A stretch of DNA of 64,000 nucleotides, taken from the NCBI RefSeq assembly GCF_009914755.1, contig NC_060936.1; one strand, written 5' to 3'. The stretch comes from the human T2T-CHM13v2.0 reference genome, Homo sapiens. Positions 1 through 16,659 of the stretch are shown here, piece after piece (the stretch's first letter is position 1; each line of letters starts with the position of its first letter). The notes under the pieces are model-generated. The model saw only the letters and a list, made by a program, of their open reading frames with translations, was not told the origin of the DNA and made no database searches. A program made the translations under genes and the position numbers.

Positions 1-61
1 ACACCTGTAATCCCAGCACTTTGGGAGGCCAAGGCAGGTGGATCACAAGGTCAAGAGATCA

Positions 62-259
<198 letters not shown>

Positions 260-734
260 TCAAAAAGAAAAGATCACAAAAAGAAAACAATTGAAATTTT
301 CCTTTAAAAAAGAACTAAGAAATACATGTAAGTACATCCTATAAAATAAAAAGGTTCTCTAACAAAGTAATTTCTTTTAGACAAAGAATTATAATCATTA
401 GTTAGATTTAAATATAAAGAATACATTTCTTCAATTTTCACGATGAAATTCAGTTTACTAAATATGCATGATTTTCTGAAACCATATACCTTTATAGAAA
501 ATATATTGGATTATACATAAATGACTTCTTAGAATAAGATAAAAACAAAAAGATGGAGTTAGACCTAAATAAATCAAGTTAAGAGAAAACCAACCCAAAT
601 AAGAAAAGTCTGAATTTTAACATTTCTGCAGAAGTGACACTTTGCTACTTTAAGCATATAAAGTAGCTAGAAAAAGGATTACACTGTAGCCTAGAAGCAT
701 TTCTGAGGGCAACTAACTAAAAGAGAAAGTAGAG

Positions 735-960
735 AATAATAATAGTTAACATTTCTAGGCACAGTTCTGAATACTTTATATGAATTTATCATTTAATTCT
801 GACAACCCTCTGGGGAAGGGGTATGAGCCCCATTTTGCAGATAAAGAGCTCAAAGCACAGAAAGGGTGAATAACTTGCCCAAGGTCTCAGAGACCAAAGG
901 CAGAGGAGCAGCAGGCCAACCTGGGGATCTGACTGCAGAGCCAGACTCTTAACTCCACAC
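735..960. mobile_element. MIR
   Basis: CCCATTTTGCAGAT..AAGCACAGAAAGGGTGAATAACTTGCCCAAGGTC core. Confidence 0.75.
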
Positions 961-1489
961 TATGTTGTCTTTCCACCAGACAAGAAGCATTTGTAAGGAA
1001 ATGAGTTTTGGGGAGCAGTTAATGGTACTATTATCCTCTTGCTCTCAATATGTGCTGAACAAATCATTTAACAGTACAAAAACTACTCATAGAAAGTGCG
1101 ATAAGCATTCCCCATTTATAAACAATGTCACCCCCTGCCACCCTGGGGATTACAGTAGCCTAACAGCCTGCAATGCAGTAAATAATAAGCTCCCAGGAAA
1201 TGATAAGGTCCCTTGACCACCTCCTTAGGGCAGGTGGGGCTTAATTCTCTCAGAGCTCTGGACAGTGTATCTGTTTACTTGTCAGCCTTCCTCACCAGAT
1301 CACAGGCTCTTTGACATCAGGGAATATGAAATACATACATATCTTTTTGCCTGCAAGTACAAGTAGTTTATTTGGAAGCAATCTCAGATAACAGTAGTTA
1401 GGGAAGGAGAAGTAAAACAGCAAAAGGAAGGACAGTTAATACAAAGTGTGTTACTGGGCCAGTTACCAGTATGGGTGATGGACTATATA

Positions 1490-2600
1490 TTGATTCATCC
1501 AACATTCAGGTACAGAACACATTCTATGAGTCAGGCACTCTACTAAACACTGGGGAAATGTGATCAAACAAGACAGAGAAGGGTCTCAGTTCTCAAGGGG
1601 TGAAGAGGCAGGGGAAACAGATAAGCAAGCAAGCAAGTAAATTAAGAAGGTTACTTAGTAATGAGAGGTATGGAGGAATAAAGAAATAGAAAGTATTTGG
1701 GGCCGAGTGCGGTGGCTCACGCCTGTAATCCCAGCACTTTGGGAGGCCAAGGCGGGTGGATCACCTGAGGTCAGGAATTTGAGACCAGCCTGGCCAACAC
1801 AGTGAAACCCCATCTCTACTAAAAATACAAAAATATTAGCGGGTGTGCTGGTGGGCACCTGTAATCCCAGCTACTTGGTTGGGAGGTGGAGGCAGGAGAA
1901 TCACTTGAACCCAGGAGGTGGAGGTTGCAGTGAGTCAAGATTGTGCCATTGCACTCCAGGCTGGGTGACAGTGAGACTTGATCTCAAAAAAAAAAAAAAA
2001 AGAAAGAAAAAGAAAGTATTTGGGATAGGCGCTACCTCGTGGTCAGGGAGGCCCGTCTGAGGAAAGTTGAGCTGTGATCTGAAAGGTGAAAGGGAGCACA
2101 TGAGGTGAAAAGCCAGGGAAGAGCATTCTAGGCAACCTGAGGTAGAAACTGATTGGAGTAGTCAAGAAACTGAAGGATAAAGTCAGAGCAGTCACTATGC
2201 TGAGAGTGAAGGAGAAAATAAAGAGAAAGAGGTCAGGGAAGTTCATTGGGCCAGGTTATACAGGCACTGAGGCCATGGTAAGCTCAAACTCCTCTCTAAG
2301 TTCCAAAGGGTTTAGGCAGAAAAGTGCTGGGATCTGATTAATATTCTTAGGGGCTTCCCCAGATGCTGCCTGAAGAACAGATGTAGGGAGACAGGAGTTA
2401 AGTCAAGGAGAAAAGTGATGCTAGTGCAGATTTGGTGAGTAGATTTGGTAGAGATTGGGTGCTTAGACTCCAGGGGTAGCAGTGGCTATGAGATAAGTGA
2501 ACAAGTTCCAAACATAGCAGGGAGGAAGGACTGACTGGATCTGCTGAGGGACTGGGGTGAAGGACAGGGAGGAATCAAGGATACTACTGCATTTTGGGCT
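1490..2600 (-). mobile_element. L2 fragment split by an Alu (~1700-2010)
   Basis: TTCATCCAACATT..CAGGCACT..TAAACACTGGGG and purine-rich L2 body. Confidence 0.65.
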
Positions 2601-2719
2601 TGACCAACTAAGTGAGTAACTTCCTTACAACAGCTTCCTTAGAGGCTAGACCTTAGAAGGCATTCAATAAATTTTCACTGAATTAATCAAGTGTTACTTC
2701 ACTCTGATGTGATGAACAA

Positions 2720-3155
2720 TACCAGTCAGGGACCCAGCAGAAAACAAAGAACACATTCAAATTGAGTAGTCTGAGAAGAGTTTAACAAAGGATCAATTGA
2801 CAAAAGTAGGGGAAAGGACAGCGAAGTCATAAGACACAATACAGTCCCCAGGACTGATAACAGTGGGGTACCTTTCACCTGGGGCCTGCAAACACTTGCT
2901 CCTAGTCACCGAACCCCCTGAAGGAGTGCAGAAAGAGCGACCTGACAGAAGCTGTGACCCTACAGCCAGCCCCCCAGGACCCCCAAGAAAGGGAGCCAAT
3001 GAATCCACACTCCACGTCATTCTCCCTGGCCCTTGGGATTTCCTGCCAGTGCCTCCCATTGGCCAATCACAAGTCAGAGGGCAAGGGACCCACTGGTGCA
3101 GCCCTTATCAGTTAACTTCCCAGATCTGGAAGGGTAAAAAGGGCATAAGCCAGCA
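2720..3155. mobile_element. Old ERVL-type LTR (LTR33/LTR41-like)
   Basis: AGTCAGGGACCCAGCAGAAAACA...CCTCCCATTGGCCAA...AGTCAGAGGGCAAGGG motifs; subfamily uncertain. Confidence 0.5.
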
Positions 3156-3242
3156 CGTGAATTCTAAATGAACAAGGACTTATTGCACTTGAAATTATAC
3201 TATTTCACAGGAAAAGGATCCCTGTCAGAAAAGCCAAATTAC

Positions 3243-3435
3243 CTTACAGATACATCAAGTTCTTCTTTTTCCATTTTTCTTTCACCCTCATCTCTACTGG
3301 TCAGTTCCATATCAGCATCCTCCACTGTCTTTTTCTCACCATTCTGGAAGTACTGCTGAAGGGCAGTGTACAGTTTAAACACTTGGCTGAAAGAAAGCTT
3401 ACTGTAGGCCAAGATCATGTGACGCAGAAACAAAC
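3243..3435 (-). CDS. ANAPC5: ANAPC5 exon 4 (193 nt), GLFLRHMILAYSKL...EELDVSV(R); gene continues beyond the window start
   Basis: Acceptor tattttgtag; donor AAG|GTAATT; matches ORF 3239..3469. Confidence 0.95.
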
Positions 3436-4299
3436 CTACAAAATAAGACGAGAGACAAGGGGAAAGCATTAACTGACATCCAGGCTACGCAATGGCAACT
3501 CCACAATGGCAATGACTGTCTGCTGGAATTCTTCCTTCAGAAGAGTAAGAAAGAGACACTTGCAGTTGCCATTCCCTCCTCCTGGAATGTTCTTCCCCAG
3601 TCCTTTACAAAGCTGGTTTCTTCTTATACAGGGCACAATCTACCCACCCCACCTCCACCTGAAGGCTTCCATTTTACTTTCTTCATGGCTGTTACACTAT
3701 CTGAAATGATATTTATGTGTTTACTTTTACCAACTGGCTCCCCCAACCAGAGGTAATCTCCATAAGAGGAAATTCCATGTCTATCTTACACGTCCAGAGC
3801 CTGGCACATAGGAAGAGAGAGAGAAATAGCTCACGCTGAATAACATAAAAATTACCATGCAAAAAAGCCAGAGGGATAGAGCATGGGATAAAGCTAATAG
3901 AAAAGCATCAAAGAAACACCACGTATGCCCTCACTTTGCATACTATATCAATAATGTATTTTTACTTACCTCTCTTCATAAGTCTGGGCTGGTGACCCTC
4001 ACTTACAGATGGACCATGCAGGCAAGTGATCCAGAGGACTGTGAGAAAGAGCTGGGAACCCCTAAAAACCCCAGGACCAGGCTCTGACTCTTACTATTGT
4101 AGACAAAACAGAAGGTGCTTTTCCACAGTTAATGATTTAAATATAGATCAAAACAGTAAGGCAATAAATACAAACTGCAACACCTCCAACATCCCCACTG
4201 TGTCTGTTCACAGATATAGCAGAACAATGATAGACATGACTTAGAAAGCTGCTCACTTCAATGAAAATACTCTCTGCTCTTCTTAGAAGAGTTTCATAC

Positions 4300-4409
4300 C
4301 TACTACACTTGTTTTGTGAACCTCTGGTTCAGTTCCAGAGAAAGAATCTGAAAGGTCATCAAAAAACTGTTCCATATCCTTCAACTCGCCTTCAGCCATC
4401 AGTTTGATT
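4300..4409 (-). CDS. ANAPC5: ANAPC5 exon 3 (110 nt), IKLMAEGELKDMEQFFDDLSDSFSGTEPEVHKTSVV
   Basis: Acceptor ttctcattcag; donor TAG|GTATGA; phase 2 to 1; matches ORF 4283..4465. Confidence 0.95.
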
Positions 4410-5205
4410 CTGAATGAGAAAATCGAGGTGCATATTTTAGAAAGGCCCTTTGAATAATTTCTCATGTTTCATATTCCTCAATTACCTCAAATAATGTATT
4501 TTACAGGCAATTCAGAGATTTGTATAAAATGGTGGCTCATAAAACAAACTTCATAATTCAAAATGTTACTCCCGTATTTCTGAAAAGTATCATTGTTGTT
4601 TTCTTGATCATAAAATTTGTCAAACTATCACATCAACCAATAAACATTCAATTATCTGCAATGACTAAAAAGAGTAAGATGGATCCATAAGGAATAATAA
4701 AATTTGGGGAAAAAAGCTATAAAACAGTATGCTTAATGTTACCCATTTTTCAGCCAGGTGCGGTTGCTCACACTTGTAATCCCAGCACTTTGCGAGGTGG
4801 AAGCGGAGGGATTGCTTGAGCCCAGGAGTTCAAGACCAGCCTAGGCAACAAAGCAAAATCCCATCTCTACTAAAAATACAAAAAATTAGCCAGGTTTGGT
4901 GGTGTATGCTTGTAGTCCCAGCTACTTGGGAGTCTGAGGTGGGAAGATCACCTGAGCTCAGGAAGTCCAGGCTGCGTTGAGCCCTGATTGCACCATTGTA
5001 CTCCAGCCTGGGCAACAGAATGAGACCCTGTCTCCAAAGAAAAAGCTATCCATTTTTCAACAAAACAGAATTAAGTAAAGGCTCTTGGGAAAACAACCTA
5101 GGGTAATAAAGGTATCTTTTTAAAAGAATTAACTACCACATACCCTTTTGTGATTTTCATCTACCTTCACACCTTTTCATATATAAAGAAGAAAATGAAG
5201 TTTAC

Positions 5206-5285
5206 CTGATCTGCACTGAATTTGCCAGCTGTGGACAAGACTCTTCAATTAACTTGTAAAGTTTTGACAGTGTAATATCTGGGCC
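5206..5285 (-). CDS. ANAPC5: ANAPC5 exon 2 (80 nt), GPDITLSKLYKLIEESCPQLANSVQI(R)
   Basis: Acceptor ttacacag at 5287-5286; donor AG|GTAAAC; continues the exon 1 frame. Confidence 0.95.
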
Positions 5286-5755
5286 CTGTGTAAAGGAGAG
5301 ATAGGGAGGTATGGATTTTAAAGAGCTGGAGACTGATAAAGAATTGCAAACATAAATTCATTTATCAACCCCTCTGCTTTAATAATCACTCCAAACATGC
5401 AAATAAGGATTTTTCTATCTACCTAAAACACTAAAGTAATACTTCACATTTGCATACCATTTTTGTCTAGTCAGTGGAATGGTCTAAAATAGAAAAAAAG
5501 CATAGGATTTATAGTCTGAGGATCCACTGTTCCTTCCTTCTTAGCTTTGTAATCATTGCAAAATTGTGACCTCTGAGTTCTAGTTTCCTTCATCAGTAAA
5601 ATGGAGATAATAATATCTCCCTTGTTTTTGGCAAAGATTAAATAAGATAATACAAAGTGCTTTGTAAACTGGAAAACACTATACAAATACTATTTTTCAC
5701 AAACACAATCTCATTTGATCTTCTCCCAAACCTTGTAAGGTAGGCAGACATACTA

Positions 5756-6136
<381 letters not shown>

Positions 6137-6672
6137 CTAGTTGAGATTTAAAACTAAATTTAGACTCTTTTTCAGAGAATAAGATGACTGCATATATGCC
6201 AACTTTAGATGTGGATAACCCAGCAATTGCACTTCTAGGGAAGTTATTTTGGCATACATTGTTTGAAATGAAGAAAAACTGAAAGGAGCCTGTAAGTCCA
6301 ATAAAGACTTAATTTATAATACAGAGTTGAATTATGTTGCTTTTCTTACTGTGAAATATAATGCAGCCATTAAAAAGACCATTCGGGGCCTGGCGCAGTG
6401 GCTCACGCCTGTAATACCAGCGCCTTGGGAGGCTGAAGCAGGCAGATTACTTGAGGTCAGGAGTTCGAGACCAGCCTGGACAACATGGTGAAATCCCATG
6501 CCCAGGCTGCTCTTGAACTCCTAGGCTCAAGTGATCCTCCCACGTTGGCCTCCCAAAGTCTAGGCACCCAGCCAAAAATTAACTAATTTAAGAAATCAAA
6601 CAGTTAGTAAAGGAGTTGAGGTCTGGCTGGGATGCTACTAGATGAACTCTACATACATTTTGATTAAAACTA

Positions 6673-6789
<117 letters not shown>

Positions 6790-7805
6790 CTACATCTCTA
6801 CCAAAATTTAAAAATTAGCCAGGCATGGTGGCAGGTGCCTGTAGTCCTAGCTACTTAGAAGACTGAGGTAGGAGGACAGCTTGAGCCTGGGAGGTGGAGG
6901 CTATGGTAAGCTAGGATCGCACCACGGCACTCCAGCCCAGGTGACTGAGGGAGTGAGATCCCACCACTCTAAAAAAATTAAAAAAAAAATAAATTTAAAA
7001 ATAAAAAATTAAATAAAATAACTATATAGTAGTTAGCCAGGTTAAAAACCAGAAAGAATTCCAAACAGCAAAAAACAACATGAGCAGGAAGGTGAGAGTT
7101 AAGAGACCAGAATCACTGTTTCTATTTTTTTTTTTTTTTTTTGGAGACGGATGCCCAGGCTGGAGTGCAGTGATGTGATCTCAGCTCACTGCAACCTCCA
7201 CCTCCTGGGTTCAAATGATTTCCTGCCTCAGCCTCCCGAGTAGCTGGGACTACAGGCGCACATCACAATGCCCGGCTAATTTTTTTTTGTATTTTTAGTA
7301 GAGATGGGGTTTCACTGTGTTGGCCAGGCTGGTCTCGAACTCCTGACCTCAAGTGATCCACCCACCTCAGCCTCCCAAAGTGCCGGGGTTACAGGTGTGA
7401 TCCCACCCGGACTTTTATTTACCAAAATTTTAGTATTATAACTTTAATAATGGAGGGAAATGCATTTATAGTAATAGCAGACGTGGCTAGCCCTGGGAGC
7501 CACAAGTTATAAAGACATCCCTTTTATTTAACTGGGTAGGTCTCTTGACCATGGTGTCCTCAGTTCTCCCCTCTTCCCATGCCCCTCACCCACAAATACA
7601 AGTGATAAATTTTTTAAAAAAGCCTTTATAAACTATACTAAGGAATATAAATGCAACTCTAGACACTAATTTTATTAGGTTTATCTTTTAAGATCCCATA
7701 ATATGGAGGCCCAGGAACCCAGATCTGTTTCTGCCATCACTGTTACTCAACAGACAATGCTTATCCATCAAGGCACAGCTTCACACTTTCTGTAAGAAAT
7801 CCTCG

Positions 7806-8131
<326 letters not shown>

Positions 8132-8613
8132 CTATCGCATTTCATTCATTTTACAAAAAACTACTCAGGCATTCTAGGAGGCTTTGGGGATGTACCAGTA
8201 AACAAAAACAGGACTAAGTACTGAGCTGGTGGAGGTTACCGTCTAATGGGAGAGAAGGCCATCACTCACGTAACCATGAATATAAATGGAAAAACCACAA
8301 CTGATATAGGGGAAGGTATATGCCATATGTGAACACACTAAAATGAAAATTCTAGTAATATTGAGCATTTACTACATGCTAGTAACAGTTTCTACTATTG
8401 TTCCCATTTTACAGAGAGAAAACTGAGACCCAAATGAATTAAGGAACTTAATTATCTGAGCTAAACCTGTGTCTGCAAAATGAAATAACACATGACGGCC
8501 GGGCGCAGTGGCTCACTCCTGTAATCCCAATACTCTGGGAGACCAGACGGGAGGATTGCTTGAGTCCAGGAGTTCCCGGCCAGCCTGGGTAACATGGCAA
8601 AATCCCGTCTCTA

Positions 8614-9138
<525 letters not shown>

Positions 9139-9499
9139 TAGGCGTGAGCCACTGCGCCCGGCCCGGTTTTATGGCATTTTTACTGTTTATTACGGTCCTC
9201 TAGGATAGGGAGCCTGTATGACTTATCCCTGTGTCTCCAACGCTCTATTGTATAGCCCCATTTTAAAGAAGATACAGGATCTGAGACTCTAACTCTCAGC
9301 TAATAAATACTGGAGCCAGACATGAACTTGCAAAAAAAAAAAATGCATGTAAAGCGCCTGGCCCACCGTAAACGCTCAGTACGTGTTAGCTACCGGTAGT
9401 AGCTATCTTTATTTCTTCACGTTCCTCCAGGCAGGGAGAGTATCTGATGGACACGAGTGTCCCCAAGCCCAGGGTTCCGCACAGAGCAGATGCTCAGTA

Positions 9500-10080
9500 A
9501 AAGTTTGCTGCACGAGCAGGAGCCAGCGGGCGCCTCTCACCTGCAGCAGGGGCAGGAGCAGCTGGTTGAGCCTCCGCCGCTCCATGAGGCTGACGGCGCC
9601 CTCGCCTGTGCGGCTCATCTCGTTCAGCAGCACCAGCACCGCGATCTTGTACGGCGTCACCCAGTCCTTGATGCCGAACACATTGGCGTGCACAACCCCA
9701 TTGGTCATCATGGGATTGAAGTAGAGGCTCTCGTGGACGCTGGCCATGGCGGCCCGAGACTAAGTCTCGGGCCCGCGGCGCGCTGCCGCCAGTTGTCACC
9801 ACAAGGCACAACACTACCGGGTCTACATCTCCGCCCGCCCTCACAATATCCCAGGAAACAGACATCCGCGTGCTCGCGGCATTTGTTAACCAATCAGAGC
9901 AGTCTGTCAGAGCACATGGGAGAGCGACAGCCAGTCAGAATGTACAAGAGTGCGGGGAGGGGTGCACCAAAAGACTGACTCCCTACAGAAACTTTTGCCG
10001 AGTGGGAGCAGGTTCCCAGGCTACGTGGACAGGGACCGGATGGGAGGGGAAGTCGATGCTTGGGGTCGGGGCTGAAGGGA
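9500..10080. promoter_or_regulatory. CpG island / ANAPC5 promoter with GC box (~9829-9840) and CCAAT box (9890-9894)
   Basis: CpG-dense segment around the start codon; CCGCCCGCCC and CCAATCA motifs; no TATA box seen. Confidence 0.8.
9541..9747 (-). CDS. ANAPC5: ANAPC5 (APC/C subunit 5) coding exon 1, MASVHESLYF...LLPLLQ (69 codons)
   Basis: Recognised APC5 N-terminus; perfect Kozak GCCGCCATGG; donor CAG|GTGAGA at 9540; phase 0. Confidence 0.97.
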
Positions 10081-10106
10081 CTGAGGAGCTCCCAAAGTGG
10101 TTTTTT

Positions 10107-10115
10107 TGTTGTTGG

Positions 10116-10147
<32 letters not shown>

Positions 10148-10175
10148 GGTGGTGGTGGTTGTCGTTGTTGTTGTT
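10107..10175 (+). repeat. Compound (GTT)n(GGT)n microsatellite
   Basis: Read directly; tail of an antisense Alu monomer. Confidence 0.9.
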
Positions 10176-10475
10176 TGAGACGATATCTCGCTATGTTACC
10201 AAGACTGGAGGGCAGTGGTTATTCGTAGACGCCCTCAAAGAGCACTGCACCCTCCCAAATCCTGGGCTCGAGCGATCCTCCCGCCTTCCCGAGAAGCTGG
10301 GACTACAGGCAGCGCGCCTGGCTTGTTCATGTAATTTGAAAATAGTTCAAATAGAATGTTTAAATGATTGTGTTTAAAAGTACCGAAATTAAATTTGCAC
10401 CCTTAAAGTATGTATTTATTATGTTACTTTTAAACTCAAATGTTTAGGAGTTTAACTCTGTCTTTTTAAAGATAG

Positions 10476-10592
10476 GAACATGAGATTTTTCTTCAGCGTT
10501 TCACAAATGCCATTTGCAGACAGCCAGATCAGGTTGCCAGTGGTCGTGTATCCTTACGTGAAATAGAACATTAGCAACATCACCTCCATGTG
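10476..10592 (+). pseudogene. Fossil exon EHEIFLQRFTNAICRQPDQVASGRVSLREIEH*QHHLHV
   Basis: Acceptor tctttttaaagatag; followed by cTGAGT (donor-like, G>C); 39 codons, 1 stop. Confidence 0.4.
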
Positions 10593-10797
10593 CTGAGTCA
10601 GTTTCCTACCTAATAAACTACAAAATCTATACTCTGCATTTCAAAGCCCTCCAAAAGCAATCCCCAGCCAACATTTTGAACCTGATTTTTCACAATTCCC
10701 CTTCCGTTCATCTGTACCTCTCCCAAGACACTTAGTTCTCTATACCCTGAATTATTATTAATGATCTGGTATCCCTATTAGTCTTTATGTCCCTTGA

Positions 10798-11067
<270 letters not shown>

Positions 11068-11084
11068 TAGCCAGGATGGTCTCA

Positions 11085-11177
<93 letters not shown>

Positions 11178-11273
11178 TTATGTTTGTTTAAATTATACTT
11201 TCTCTCTCTCTCATTCTGCTACCGAGGCTGGACTGCAGTGGCACGCTCACGGCTCACTGCAACCTCAGCCTCC

Positions 11274-11628
<355 letters not shown>

Positions 11629-11929
11629 TGAACTGGTTGAACTCCTGACCTCAGGTGACCCGCCCATCTCCGCCTCCAAAAGTGCTGGGATTACAGGCCT
11701 GAGCCACTGCGCCTGGATGCATGGCTAATTTTTTTATTTTTTGTAGACACGAGGTCTTGCGATGTTGTCCAGGCTGGTCTCGAACTCCTGGACTCAAGTG
11801 ATCCTCCTGCCTCAGCCTCCCAAATTGCTACGATTAAAGGCATGGGCCACTGCATGCAGCCTCATGCCTGGTTTTTGTTTTCTCAATCGCTATTTGTTTA
11901 ATGAATAATGAATGAATATGCATTATTAG

Positions 11930-12034
11930 TTCACAAAAACAAAAAAGAAGGCAGATATGTATAAGCTAAATGATGCTATCAAAAAAGAAGACATTGATAT
12001 CTTGTAATACAAGCTTTCCTATCTTGAGAACTCT
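11930..12034 (+). pseudogene. Fossil exon FTKTKKKADMYKLNDAIKKEDIDIL*YKLSYLENS
   Basis: ttattag acceptor; TCT|GTATGT donor; 105 nt, phase 0-0, 1 stop. Confidence 0.5.
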
Positions 12035-12207
12035 GTATGTTTTAGTTACCATACATAATTATTATATAACTATCTTTTATTTGTGAAAGGAGAAGCTGGC
12101 TTTTGCCAGGAATTTAATACTCACTTAACCTCTTTCTTTGCCTCGGTTTATTTTTATGCCTCACTCTATTAATGAAAAAGCATACTTACAATCTCCCAGC
12201 TCTTTAG

Positions 12208-12366
12208 GATATTTTTGCATATGTGTATACCATAAATAAGGTTTGACAAAGGGTCTGTGTGGAATAAACTAGTATTCAACCTTAAAATCCTGAGTAGGAA
12301 CACTTAATGAATGGAAAGAGGAAAGTAATTTTACAAAATCCTAAATAACAATTTTACTGTAAATTG
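12208..12366 (+). pseudogene. Fossil exon starting DIFAYVYTINK (heavily decayed)
   Basis: ctcccagctctttag acceptor; TTG|GTAAGA donor; 159 nt; several stops. Confidence 0.35.
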
Positions 12367-12475
12367 GTAAGACTTTCAAGCCATTGATTCATTTATTCAG
12401 TAACACTGTGCTAAGCTCCTGCTATATTTAAGGCACTGTTCTAGGTGCTGGGGACCAAAAGGGATGAATTTCTAA

Positions 12476-13013
<538 letters not shown>

Positions 13014-13290
13014 TCATGCCTATAATCCCAGCACCTTGGGAGGCAGAGGTGGGTGGATCACTTTGAGGCCAGGAGTTTGACACATGCCTGGCCAACATGG
13101 TGAAACCCCGTCTCTACTAAAAATACAAAAATTAGCCAGGTGTGCTGGGATGCACCTGTAATCCCAGCTACTTGGGAGGCTGAGGCCGGAGGATACCTTG
13201 AGCCCAGGAGTTCAAGGCTGCAGTGACCTATGATTACCACTGCACTCTAGCCTGGACGACAGAGTGAGACTCTGTCTCATAAATAAATAA

Positions 13291-13587
<297 letters not shown>

Positions 13588-13792
13588 TAAGTCCTGGGCT
13601 CACAAAATCCTCCCACCTCAGTCTCCCAAGATGCTGGGATTACAGGTGTCAGCCATCACACCCGGCCTAGACTTTTCTATATGTATATATCTGATTTTAA
13701 GAATGTTGCTAGGCCAGGCGCCATGGTTCACACCTGTAATCACAGCACTTTGGGAGGCTGAGTCAGGTGGATCACCTGAGGTCAGGAGTTCA

Positions 13793-13989
<197 letters not shown>

Positions 13990-14729
13990 TCAAAAAAAAA
14001 AAAAAAAAAAGAACATGGCTAAATATCAAAACCCTGAAAACATTTGAACTCTTTTGGACTTACTCCATCATCTTAGAGATCATGTGACCATTTTTGTAGC
14101 ACTTTGTTCAAGCTTCATTTATTATGTGTATGATTTTATATCAATGACTTACTTAAGTAACTGCCTCCTCTGGTGGGCTGTCATAGGCAGGGAGCAGGTT
14201 TGCTTTTTTAAAAAAATCTTTGCATCCTTAGTTTCTGACACATTTAGTATATGCTCAGTTATTGTCAATATGCCTTTGAGTCAACTGTGCTGCAAATCCT
14301 TACATTCACTCAACAAATATTTTTGAGTACGTACTATATGCCAGACATTGTGTTAAGTCCATGCGGGTACAGCAGTGAATATACAAACTAGGTGCTTGAC
14401 CTCGTGGAGGAAAACAATTGTCATAAGAAACTACCCAAGGCTGGGCACAGTGGCTTATGCCTGTAGTCCCAGCACTTGGGAGGCCGAGGGTGGGAGGATT
14501 GCTTGAGCCCAGGAGTTTAAGACCAGCCTGGACAACATGATAAGACCCTGTGTCTACAAGAAATTAAAAAAATAAATAAATAGCCAGGCATGGTGGTGTG
14601 TGCTTGTATTCCCAGTTACTAGGAGGCTGAGGTGGGAGAATCACTTGAGTCCAGGAGGTCAAGGCTGCAGTGAGCTGTGAGCATGCCACTATACTCCAGC
14701 CTGGGTGACAGTGAGACATTGTATCAAAA

Positions 14730-14795
14730 TGAAAGAAAGGGAGAGAGAGAGAGAAAGAGAGAGAAGGAGGGAAGGAAGGGAGGGAAGGAAGGAGG

Positions 14796-14828
<33 letters not shown>

Positions 14829-15040
14829 AAGAGAGAAGAAAGAGAAAAAAAGAGAAAGAGAAAGAAAGGGAGGGAGGGAAGGAAGGAAAGAGAGAGAGAA
14901 AGAACGGAGGGAGGGAGGGGAAAGAAAGAAAGAGAGAAGAAAGAGAAAGAGAGAGAGAAAGAGAAAGAGAGAGGGAGGGAGGGAAGGAAGGAGAGAGAGA
15001 GACAGAAAGAATGGAGGGAGGGAGGGAGGAAAAGAAAGAG
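14730..15040 (+). repeat. ~310-bp polypurine (GA/GGAA/GGGA/GAAA) low-complexity tract
   Basis: Almost pure A/G; expanded Alu tail. Confidence 0.95.
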
Positions 15041-15161
15041 GCCTGGGCACGGTGGCTCATGCCTGTAATCCCTACACTTTGGGATGCCAAGGCGGGTGGA
15101 TCACCTGAGGTTAGGAGTTCGAGACCAGCCTGGCCAACACAATGAAACCCTATCTCTACTA

Positions 15162-15476
<315 letters not shown>

Positions 15477-16077
15477 TCATTGGCTGCTATAAATGCTGTT
15501 CCTTACACCAACATTTCAAAGCAGCACTCCAAGGTAATAAAGGAAGCACGGCTTTGTAACCTGCAGTGGACTTTGGTTTATTTATTTTTATTTATTTAGT
15601 TTGCCCAGCATACTCTACTGTCCTCCTCAAAAATGTGTTGTTTTTAATTTGCACGAAGTTGTAGAACATGTCCCTCTGGATACAGGGATGGGCATGGAGC
15701 CCTAGCACAGCTAATCAACGCTTCTCTGGGATTGCACTATGGACTCTAGAGAAAGAAGAGCTCCCTTTCTCCTGAGGTTGCTAAGCAAGGCTGTAGATGG
15801 CATATTCTTTGCTGCCTGTAGAGAAAGAGAAGAAGGCCAATCTGCAAAGAGAAATAGAATCAAGCATAATGAGAAAAACCATGATTCAAGAATATTTGTG
15901 ATCGATGAGACAAAAGAGCTACCCTGGGAATCAGAACCCCCAGGTTCTAGTGTTGGCCTCGAAACCAGCTCTGTAATTCAAGCGACAACCCAGTTTTTTA
16001 TCTCGGGTTAATCGCCTTCGCAATGAAAGGTCTGTACTAGATGATGTGTTAAGTCATCTGCAGTGCTAAAATTCTGA

Positions 16078-16659
<582 letters not shown>

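Noticed and set aside
9792-9810. RFX X-box-like GTTGTC...GGCAAC
   Set aside because: The 7-nt spacer is longer than canonical X-box spacing.
9457-9978. 173-aa plus-strand ORF antisense to ANAPC5 exon 1
   Set aside because: Shadow frame of a GC-rich coding exon.
14677-15145. Long R/E/K-rich and S/L/F-rich ORFs
   Set aside because: Artefacts of a stop-free purine microsatellite.
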